This document shows positions 16,401 through 27,300 of a DNA stretch of 64,000 nucleotides, piece after piece. Numbering within the stretch: the first letter of the stretch is position 1; each line of letters starts with the position of its first letter. The DNA is taken from the NCBI GenBank assembly GCA_964016885.1, contig OZ024741.1, forward strand, positions 250,914,001 to 250,978,000, written 5' to 3'. The notes below the pieces were generated by a model. It was given only the letters and a program-made list of their open reading frames with translations, did no database searches and was not told where the DNA came from. Both the position numbers and the translations under genes were made by a program. This stretch comes from Eledone cirrhosa. Its lineage: Eukaryota.

Positions 16401-17380
16401 CACCAAGCACAAAGCACCGAACACCAAGCACCAAGCACCAAGCACCAAACACCAAGAACCAAACAACCAAGGACCAGGCACCAAGCACCAAACACCAAGC
16501 ACCATGCACCAAACACCAAGCACCAAGCACGAAGCACCTAACACCAAGCACCAAGCACCAAACACTTAACACCAAGCACCAAGCACCAAGCACCAAACAC
16601 AAAGCACCAAACACCAAACACCAAGCACCAAGTACCAAACACCAAGCACCAAGCACCAAACACCAAGCACCAAGCACCAATCACCAAACACTATGCCCCA
16701 AGCACCAAGCACCAAACACCAAACACCAAGTACCAAGCACCAAACACCAAGCACCAAGCACCAAGCACCTAGCAGCAAACACCAAACACCAAGCACAAAC
16801 ACCAAACACCAAGCACCAATCACCAAGCACCAAACACCAAGCAGCAAGCAGCAAGCACCAAACACCAAACACCAAGCACCAAGCACCAAACACCTAACAC
16901 CAAGCACCAAGCACCAAGCCCCAAGCACCGAACACCAAGCACCAAACACCAAGCACCAAACACCAAGCACCAAGCACCGAACACCAAGCACCAAACACCA
17001 AGCACCAATCACCAAGCACCAGACACCAAGCACCAGGCACCAAGCACCAAACACCAAGCACCATGCACCAAACACCAAGCACCAAGCACGAAGCACCAAA
17101 GACCAAGCACCAAGCACCAAACACTTAACACCAAGCACCAAGCACCAAGCACCAAACACCAAGCACCAAACACCAAACACCAAGCACCAAGTACCAAACA
17201 CCAAGCACCAAGCACCAAACACCAAGCACCAAGCACCAATCACCAAACACCAAGAACCAACACCAAACACCAAGCACCAAGCACCAAACACCAAGCACCA
17301 AACACCAAACACCAAGCACCAAACACCAAACACCAACAACCAAGCACCAAAACCCAAACACCAAGCACCAAGCACCAAAC
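9960..17380. repeat. 3841-bp near-identical higher-order tandem duplication within array 1 (second copy incomplete; boundaries approximate)
   Basis: Constant offset of 3841 for landmarks: ATGAAGACCGAAG 10916/14757, ATGCCAAAC 10788/14629 and 11964/15805, ATGCCCCAAG 12852/16693, ORFs 13168..13398/17009..17239. Confidence 0.93.
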
Positions 17381-17514
17381 ACCAAACACCAAACACCAGA
17401 CACCAAGCACCAAACACCAAACACCAAACACCAAGCACCAAGCACCAAACACCAAGTACCAAACAGCAAACCCCAAGCACCAAGCACAAAACACTAATCA
17501 CCAAGCACCAAGCA

Positions 17515-17519
17515 CCAAG
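17515..17519. other. Direct junction between the two satellites with CCAA(G) microhomology
   Basis: The sequence reads ...CACCAAGCA-CCAAG-GGGAGATAATTTCCAGCCGTC... CCAAG belongs to both consensus monomers and there is no intervening sequence. Confidence 0.95.
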
Positions 17520-18389
17520 GGGAGATAATTTCCAGCCGTCCAAGGGGAGATAATTTTTAAAAAAATCAGGTGGAGATAATTTGTAAAAAAAATCAGGGGA
17601 AGATAATTTGTAAAAACAAAATCAAGGGCAGATAATTTCCAGCCGTCCAAGGGGAGATAATTTCCAGCCGTGCAAGGGGAGATAATTTCCAGCCGTCCAA
17701 GGGGAGATAATTTCCATCCTTCCAAAGGGAGATAATTTCCAGCCGTCCAAGGGCAGATAATTTCCCGCCAGCCAAGGGAAGATAATATTTAAAAAAATCA
17801 GGCGGAGATAATTTGTAAAAAAAATCAGGGGGAGATAATTTGTAAAAAAATCAGGGGGAGATAATTTGTAAAAAAAAAATCAGGGGGAGATAATTTGTAA
17901 AAAAAAATCAGGGGGAGATAATTTGTAAAAAAAAAATCAGGGGGAGATAATTTGTAAAAAAAAATCAGGCGGAGATAATTTGTAAAAAAAATCAAGGGGA
18001 GATAATTTCCAGCCGTCCAAAGAGAGATAATTTCTAGCCGTCCAAGGGGAGATAATTTCCAGCCAAGGGGAGATAATTTCCAGCCGTCCAAGGGGAGATA
18101 ATTTTTTAAAAAATCAGGTGGAGATAATTTGTAAAAAAATCAGGGGAACATAATTTGTAAAAACAAAATCAAGGGCAGATAATTTCCAGCAGTGCAAGGG
18201 GAGATAATTTCCAGCAGTGCAAGGGGAGATAATTTCCAGCCGTCCAAGGGGAGATAATTTCCATCCTTCCAAGGGGAGATAATTTCCAGGCGTCCAAGGG
18301 GAGATAATTTCCCGCCAGCCAAGGGAAGATAATATTTAAAAAAATCAGGCGGAGATAATTTGTAAAAAAAATCAGGGGGAGATAATTTG

Positions 18390-21300
18390 TAAAAAAATCA
18401 GGGGGAAATAATTTGTAAAAAAAAACAGGGGGAGATAATTTGTAAAAAAAAATCAGGGGGAGATAATTTGGAAAAAAAATCAGGGGTAGATAATTTGGAA
18501 AAAAAAATCAGGGGGAGATAATTTGTAAAAAAATCAAGGGGAGATAATTTCCAGCCGTCCAAGGGGAGATAATTTTCAGCCGTCCAATGAGAGGTAATTT
18601 CTAGCCGTTCAAGGGGAGATAAATTCCAGCCGTCCAAGGGGAGATAATTTCCAGCCGTCCAAGGGGAGATAATTTTAAAAAAAAATCAGGCGGAGCTAAT
18701 TTGTAAAAAAATAATCAGGGGCAGATAATTTGTAAAAAAAAATCAGGGGGAGATAATTTGTATACAAAATCAAGGGGAGATAATTTCCAACCGTCCAAGG
18801 CGAGATAATTTCCAGCCGTCCAAGGGGAGATAATTTACAGCTGTCCAAGGAGAGGTAATTTCTAGGCGTCCAAGGGGAGATAATTTCCAGCCGTCCAAGG
18901 GGAGATAATTTCCAGCCAGCCAAGGGGAGATAATTTCCAGCCAGCCAAGGGGAGATATTTGTAAAAAAAATCAGGGAGAGATAATTTGTAAAAAAAAAAT
19001 CAGGGGTAGATAATTTGTAGAAGACATAAAGGTGAGATAATTTCCAGCCGTCCAAGGGGAGAAAATTTAAATCCAGCCAAGGGGAGATAATTTTTTTTAA
19101 AAAATCAGGCGGAGATAATTTGTAAAAAAAAATCAGGGGGAGATAATTTCCAGCCGTCCAAGGGGAGATAATTTCCAGCCCTACAAGCAGCTATAATTTC
19201 CAGCCGTCCAAAGGGAGATAATTTCCAGCCAGCGAAGGGGAGATAATTTTTTTTTAAATTAGGGGGAGATTTGCAAAAAAAATCAGGGGGAGATAATTTG
19301 TAAAAAAAATCAAGGGGAAATAATTTCCAGCCGTCCAAGGGGAGATAATTTCCAGCCGTCCAAGGGGAGATAATTTCCAGCCGTCCAAGGAGAGGTAATT
19401 TCTAGCCGTCCAAGGGGAGATAATTTCCAGCCGTCCAAGGGGAGATAATTTCCAGCCGTCCAAGGGGAGATAATTTCCAGCCGTTCAAGGGGAGATGATT
19501 TCCAGCCGTCCAAGGAGAGGTAATTTCTAGCCGTCCAAGGGGAGATAATTTCCAGCCGTCCAAGGGGAGATAAATTCCAGCCTCCAAGGGGAGATAATTT
19601 CCAGCCAGCCAAGGGGAGATAATTTGTAAAAAAAATCAGGGGGAGATAATTTGTAAAAAAAAATCAGGGGGCGATAATTTGTAATAAAAAAATCAGGGGG
19701 AGATAATTTGTAAAAAAAAATCAGGGGGAGATAATTTGTAAAAAAAATCAAGGGGAGATAATTTCCAGCCGTCCAAGGGGAGATAATTTTCAGCCGTCCA
19801 AGGAGAGGTAATTTCTAGCCGTCCAAGGGGAGATAATTTCCAGCCGTCCAAGGGGAGATAATTTCCAGCCGTCCAAGGGGAGATAATTTTTTTAAAAAAT
19901 CAGGCGGAGATAATTTGTAAAAAAAAAATCAGGGGGAGATAATTTGTAAAAACAAATCGGGGAGATAATTTGTAAAAAAAAATCAGGGGAAGATAATATG
20001 TAAAAAAAATCAAAGGGAGATAATTTTCAGCCGTCCAAGGGAAGATAATTTCCAGCCCTCCAAGGGGCTATAATTTCCAGCGTCCAAGGGGAGATAATTT
20101 CCAGCCAGCGAAAGGGAGATAATTTTTTTTTTAAAATCACTGGGAGATTTGTAAAAAAAATCAGGGGGAGATAATTTGTAAAAAAAATCAAGGGGAGATA
20201 ATTTCCAGCCGTCCAAAGAGAGATAATTTCTAGCCGTCCAAGGGGAGATAATTTCCAGCCAAGGGGAGATAATTTCCAGCCGTCCAAGGGGAGATAATTT
20301 CCAGCCGTTCAAGGGGAGATAATTTCCAGCCGTCCAAGGGGAGATTATTTCCATCCTTCCAAGGGGAGATAATTTCCAGCCGTCCAAGGGGAGATTATTT
20401 CCCGCCAGCCAAGTTAAGATAATATTTAAAAAAATCAGGCGGAGATAATTTGTAAAATAAATCAGGGGGAGATAATTTGTAAAAAAATCAGGGGGAGATA
20501 ATTTGTAAGAAAAAAATCAGGGGGAGATAATTTGTAAAAAAAATCAGGGGGAGATAATTTGTAAAAAAAATCAAGGGGAGATAATTTTCAGCCGTCCAAG
20601 GAGAGGTAATTTCTAGCCGTCCAAGGGGAGATAATTTCCAGCCGTCCAAGGGGAGATAATTTTTTTAAAAAAATCAGGCGGAGATAATTTGTAAAAAAAA
20701 AATCAGGGGGAGATAATTTGTAAAAAAAAATCAGGGGGAGATAATTTGTAAAAAAATCAAGGGGAGATAATTTCCAGCCGTCCAAGGGAAGATAATTTCC
20801 AGCCTCCAAGGGGCTATAATTTCCCGCGTTCAAGGGGAGATAATTTCCAGCCAGCGAAGGGGAGATAATTTTTTTTTAAAAATCACTGGGAGATTTGTAA
20901 AAAAAATCAGGGGGAGATAATTTGTAAAAAGAATCAAGGGGAGATAATTTCCAGCCGTCCAAAGAGAGATAATTTCTAGCCGTCCAAGGGGAGATAATTT
21001 CCAGCCAAGGGGAGATAATTTCCAGCCGTCCAAGGGGAGATAATTTTTTAAAATATCAGGTGGAGATAATTTGTAAAAAAAATCAGGGGGAGATAATTTG
21101 TAAAAACAAAATCAAGGGCAGATAATTTCCAGCCGTCCAAGGGGAGATAATTTCCAGCCGTGCAAGGGGAGATAATTTGTAAAAAAAATCAGGGGGAGAT
21201 AATTTCCAGCCGTCCAAGGGGAGATAATTTTCAGCCGTCCAAGGAGAGGTAATTTCTAGCCGTCCAAGGGAAGATAATTTCCAGCCGTGCAAGGGGAGAT

Positions 21301-24300
21301 AATTTCCAGCCGTCCAAGGGGAGATAATTTCCATCCTTCCAAGGGGAGATAATTTCCAGCCGTCCAAGGGGAGATAATTTCCAGCCGTTCAAGGGGAGAT
21401 AATTTCCAGCCGTCCAAGGAGAGGTAATTTCTAGCCGTCCAAGGGGAGATAATTTCCAGCCGTCCAAGGGGAGATAAATTCCAGCCTCCAAGGGGAGATA
21501 ATTTCCACCCAGCCAAGGGGAGATAATTTGTAAAAAAATCAGGGGGAGGTAATTTGTAAAAAAAAATCAGGGGTAGATAATTTGTAAAAAAAAATCAGGG
21601 GTGATAATATGTAAAAAAAATCAAGGGGAGATAATTTCCAGCCGTCCAAGGGAAGATAATTTCCAGCCCTCCAAGGGGCTATAATTTCCAGCGTCCAAGG
21701 GGAGATAATTTCCAGCCAGCGAAGGGGAGATAATATTTTTTAAAAAATCACTGGGAGATTTGTAAAAAAAATCGGGGAGATAATTTGTAAAAAAAATCAA
21801 GGGGAGATAATTTCCAGCCGTCCAAAGAGAGATAATTTCTAGCCGTCCAAGGGGAGATAATTTCCAGCCAAGGGGAGATAATTTCCAGCCGTCCAAGGGG
21901 AGATAATTTTTTTAAATATCAGGTGGAGATAATTTGTAAAAAAAATCAGGGGGAGATAATTTGTAAAAACAAAATCAAGGGCAGATAATTTCCAGCCGTC
22001 CAAGGGGAGATAATTTCCAGCCGTGCAAGGGGAGATAATTTGTAAAAAAAATCAGGGGAGATAATTTCCAGCCGTCCAAGGGGAGATAATTTTCAGCCGT
22101 CCAAGGAGAGGTAATTTCTAGCCGTCCAAGGGGAGATAATTTCCAGCCGTGCAAGGGGAGATAATTTCCAGCCGTCCAAGGGGAGATAATTTCCATCCTT
22201 CCCAGGGGAGATAATTTCCAGCCGTCCAAGGGGAGATAATTTCCATCCAGCCAAGGGGAGATAATTTTAAAAAAATCAGGCGGAGATAATTTGTAAAAAA
22301 AAAAATCAGGGGGAGATAATTTGTAAAAAAAAATCAGGGGGAGCTAATTTGTAAAAAAATATCAGGAGGAGATAATTTCCAGCCAGCCAAGGGGAGATAA
22401 TTTCCAGCCAGCCAAGGGGAGATAATTTGTAAAAAAAATCAATGGGAGGTAATTTCCAGCCGTCCAAGGGGAGATAGTTTCCAGCCAGCCAACGGGAGAT
22501 AATTTCCAGCCAGCCAAGGGGAGATATTTGTAAAAAAAAATCAGGGAGAGATAATTTGTAAAAAAAAAATCAGGGGTAGATAATTTGTAGAAGAAATCAA
22601 GGGGAGATAATTTCCAGCCGTCCAAGGGGAGATAATTTCCATCCAGCCAAGGGGAGATAATTTTTTTAAAAAATGAGGCGGAGATAATTTGTAAAAAAAA
22701 ATCAGGGTGAGATAATTAGTAAAAAAATCAAGGGGAGATAATTCCCAGCCGTCCAAGGGGAGATAATTTCCAGCCCTACAAGCGGCTATAATTTCCAACC
22801 GTCCAAAAGAAGATAATTTCCAGCCAACGAAGGGGAGATAATTTTTTTTTAAATTAGGGGGAGATTTGTAAAAAAAAATCAGGGTTAGATAATTTGTAAA
22901 AAAAATCAAGGGGAAATAATTTCCAGCCGTCCAAGGGGAGATAATTTCCAGCCGTCCAAGGGCAGATAATTTCCAGCCGTCCAAGGAGAGATAATTTCCA
23001 GCCGTCCAAGGGCAGATAATTTCCAGCCATCCAAGGAGAGGTAATTTCTAGCCGTCCAAGGGGAGATAATTTCCAGCCTCCAAATGGAGATAATTTCCAG
23101 CCAGCCAAGGGGAGATAATTTGTAAAAAAAATCAGGAGATAATTTGTAAAAAAAAATCAGGGGGAGATAATTTGTAAAAAAAAATCAGGGGGAGATAATT
23201 TGTAAAAAAAAATCAGGGGGAGATAATTTGTAAAAAAAATCAAGGGGAGATAATTTCCAGCCGTCCAAGGGGAGATAATTTTCATCCGTCCAAGGAGAGG
23301 CAATTTCTAGCCGTCCAAGGGGAGATAATTTCCAGCCGTCCAAGGGGAGATAATTTCCAGCCGTCCAAGGGGAGATAATTTAAAAAAAAATCAGGTGGAG
23401 ATAATTGGTAAAAAAAAAATCAGGGGGAGACAATTTGTAAAAAAAAATCAGGGGGAGATAATTTGTAAAAAAAATCAAGGGGAGATAATTTCCAGCCGTC
23501 CAAGGGAAGATAATTTCCACCCCTCCAAGGGAAGATAACTTCCAGCCCTCCAAGGGGCTATAATTTCCAGCGTCCAAGGGGAGATAATTTCCAGCCAGCG
23601 AAGGGGAGATAATTTTTTTAAAAAAATCACTGGGAGATTTGTAAAAAAAATCAGGGGCAGATAATTTGTAAAAAAAATCAGGGGAAGATAATTTGTAAAA
23701 TCAAAATCAAGGGCAGATAATTTCCAGCCGTCCAAGGGGAGATAATTTCCAGCAGTGCAAGGGGAGATAATTTCCAGCCGTCCAAGGGGAGATAATTTCC
23801 ATCCTTACAAGGGGAGATAATTTCCAGGCGTCCAAGGGGAGATAATTTGCCGCCAGCCAAGGGAAGATAATATTTAAAAAAATCAGGCGGAGATAATTTG
23901 TAAAAAAAATCAGGGGGAGATAATTTGTAAAAAAATCAGGGGGAAATAATTTGTAAAAAAAAACAAGGGGAGATAATTTGTAAAAAAAAATCAGGGGGAG
24001 ATAATTTGTAAAATAAATCAAGGGGAGATAATTTCCAGCCGTCCAAGGAGAGATAATTTTCAGCCGTCCAAGGAGAGGTAATTTCTAGCCGTCCAAGGGA
24101 AGATAATTTCCAGCCCTCCAAGGGAAGATAACTTCCAGCTCTCCAAGGGGCTATAATTTCCAGCGTCCAAGGGGAGATAATTTCCAGCCAGCGAAGGGGA
24201 GATAATTTTTTTTTAAAAATCACTCGGAGATTTGTAAAAAAAATCAGGGGGAGATAATTTGTAAAAAAAATCAAGGGGAGATAATTTCCAGCCGTCCAAA

Positions 24301-27300
24301 GAGAGATAATTTCTAGCCGTCCAAGGGGAGTTAATTTCCAGCCAAGGGGAGATAATTTCCAGCCGTCCAAGGGGAGATAATTTTTTTAAAAATCAGGTGG
24401 AGATAATTTGTAAAAAAAATCAGGGGAAGATAATTTGTAAAAACAAAATCAAGGGCAGATAATTTCCAGCCGTCCAATGGGAGATAATTTCCAGCAGTGC
24501 AAGGGGAGATAATTTCCAGCCGTCCAAGGGGAGATAATTTCCATCCTTCCAAGGGGAGATAATTTCCAGCCGTCCAAGGGGAGATAATTTCCCGCCAGCC
24601 AACGGAAGATAATATTTAAAAAAATCAGGCGGAGATAATTTGTAAAAAAAATCAGGGGGAGATAATTTGTAAAAAAATCGGGGGGAGATAATTTGTAAAA
24701 AAAAATCAGGGGGAGATAATTTGTAAAAAAAAATCAGGGGGAGATAATTTGTAAAAAAAAATCAGGGGTAGATAATTTGTAAAAAAAAATCAGGGGGAGA
24801 TAATTTGGAAAAAAAAATCAAGGGGAGATAATTTCCAGCCGTCCAAGGGGAGATAATTTCCAGCCGTCCAAGGGGAGATAATTTTAAAAAAAAATCAGGC
24901 GGAGATAATTTGTAAAAAAAAAATCAGGGGGAGATAATTTGTAAAAAAATCAAGGGGAGATAATTTCCAGCCGTCCAAGGGGAGATAATTTTCAGCCGTC
25001 CAAGGAGAGGTAATTTCTAGCCGTTCAAGGGGAGATAATTTCCAGCCGTCCAAGGGGAGATAATTTCCAGCCGTCCAAGCGGAGATAATTTTAAAAAAAA
25101 ATCAGGCGGAGCTAATTTTTAAAAAAATAATCAGGTGCAGATAATTTGTAAAAAAAATCAGGGGTAGATAATTTGTATACAAAATCAAGGGGAGATAATT
25201 TCCAGCCGTCCAAGGCGAGATAATTTCCAGCAGTCCAAGGGGAGATAATTTACAGCTGTCCAAGGAGAGGTAATTTCTAGGCGTCCAAGGGGAGATAATT
25301 TCCAGCCGTCCAAGGGGAGATAATTTCCAGCCAGCCAAGGGGAGATAATTTCCAGCCAGCCAAGGGGAGATATTTGTAAAAAAAATCAGGGAGAGATAAT
25401 TTGTAAAAAGAAAATCAGGGGTAGATAATTTGTAGAAGACATAAAGGGGAGATAATTTCCAGCCGTCCAAGGGGAGAAAATTTCCATCCAGCCAAGGGGA
25501 GATAATTTTTTTAAAAAAATCAGGCGGAGATAATTTGTAAAAAAAAATCAGGGGGAGATAATTAGTAAAAAAAATCAAGGGGAGATAATTTCCAGCCGTC
25601 CAAGGGGAGATAATTTCCAGCCCTACAAGCAGCTATAATTTCCAGCCGTCCAAAGGGAGATAATTTCCAGCCAGCGAAGGGGAGATAATTTTTTTTTAAA
25701 TTAGGGGGAGATTTGTAAAAAAAATCAGGGGGAGATAATTTGTAAAAAAAAATCAAGGGGAAATAATTTCCAGCCGTCCAAGGGGAGATAATTTCCAGCC
25801 GTCCAAGGGGAGATAATTTCCAGCCGTCCAAGGAGAGGGAATTTCTAGCCGTCCAAGGGTAGATAATTTCCAGCCGTCCAAGGGGAGATAATTTCCAGCC
25901 GTCCAAGGGGAGATAATTTCCAGCCGTTCAAGGGGAGATAATTTCCAGCCGTCCAAGGAGAGGTAATTTCTAGCCGTCCAAGGGGAGATAATTTCCAGCC
26001 GTCCAAGGGGAGCTAAATTCCAGCCTCCAAGGGGAGATAATTTCCAGCCAGCCAAGGGGAGATAATTTGTAAAAAAATCAGGGGGAGATAATTTGTAAAA
26101 AAAAATCAGGGGGAGATAATTTGTAAAAAAAAATCAGGGGGAGATAATTTGTAAAAAAAAATCAGAGGGAGATAATTTGTAAAAAAATCAAGGGGAGATA
26201 ATTTCCAGCCGTCCAAGGGGAGATAATTTTCAGCCGTCCAAGGAGAGGTAATTTCTAGCCGTCCAAGGGGAGATAATTTCCAGCCGTCCAAGGGGAGATA
26301 ATTTCCAGCCGTCCAAGGGGAGATAATTTTTTTTTAAAAATCAGGCGGAGATAATTTGTAAAAAAAAAATCAGGGGGAGATAATTTGTAGAAAAAAATCG
26401 GGGAGATAATTTGTAAAAAAAAATCAGGGGGAGATAATATGTAAAAAAAATCAAGGGGAGATAATTTCCAGCCGTCCAAGGGAAGATAATTTCCAGCCCT
26501 CCAAGGGGCTATAATTTCCAGCGTCCAAGGGGAGATAATTTCCAGCCAGCGAAGGGGAGATAATTTTTTTTTAAAAATCACTGGGAGATTTGTAAAAAAA
26601 ATCAGGGGGAGATAATTTGTAAAAAAAATCAAGGGGAGATAATTTCCAGCCGTCCAAAGAGAGATAATTTCTAGCCGTCCAAGGGGAGATAATTTGCAGC
26701 CAACGGGAGATAATTTCCAGCCGTCCAAGGGGAGATAATTTTTTCAAAAATCAGGAGATAATTTGTAAAAAAAATCAGGGGGAGATAATTTGTAAAAACA
26801 AAATCAAGGGCAGATAATTTCCAGCCGTCAAAGGGGAGATAATTTCCAGCCGTGCAAGGGGAGATAATTTGTAAAAAAAATCAGGGGGAGATAATTTCCA
26901 TCCAGCCAAGGGGAGATAATTTTTAAAAAATCAGGCGGAGATAATTTGTAAAAAAAAAAATCAGGGGGAGATAATTTGTAAAAAAATATCAGGGGGAGAT
27001 AATTTGTAAAAAAAATCAAGGGGAGATAATTTCCAGCCGTCCAAGGGGAGATAATTTCCAGCCAGCGAAGAGGAGATAATTTTTTTTTTTAAATCAGGGG
27101 TAGATTGGTAAAAAAAAATCACGGGGAGATAATTTGTAAAAAAATCAAGGGGAGATAATTTCCAGCCGTCGAAGGAGAGATAATTTATAGCCGTCCAAGG
27201 GGAGATAATTTCCAGCAAGCCAAAGGAGATAATTTTTTTAAAAAATCAGGCGGAGATGATTTGTAAAAAAAATCAGGTGGAGATAATTTGTTAAAAAAAA

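Larger units (their letters stand above)
1..17518. repeat. Satellite array 1: degenerate 7-bp tandem repeat, consensus CACCAAR (reverse complement YTTGGTG), roughly 2,500 units; runs off the left window edge
   Basis: Continuous CACCAAG/CACCAAA units with point variants (CAGCAAA, CATCAAA, CACTAAT, CCCCAAG, TACCAAA, GACCAAG, CACCAGG). Orientation is the same throughout. Unit count is estimated as length/7. Confidence 0.98.

Noticed and set aside
1-17518. Nucleosome-length arithmetic (21 x 7 = 147 bp; 3 x 7 = 2 helical turns)
   Set aside because: This holds for any 7-mer, and I saw no 147-bp higher-order period in the variant pattern.
125-17553. Many long ORFs encoding (WCLVLGA/WCLVFGV)n on - and (TKHQAPS/TKHQTPN)n on +, up to 523 aa
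   Set aside because: A stop-free 7-bp repeat gives the same 7-aa period in all three frames of each strand. The ORFs overlap in every frame, have no unique domain, and begin and end at random variant monomers.
17480-17560. Common origin of the two satellites, suggested by the shared CCAAG and the CCAGCCAGCCAAG variant
   Set aside because: The similarity is only about 5 bp and no intermediate monomers exist near the junction, so chance similarity is sufficient.
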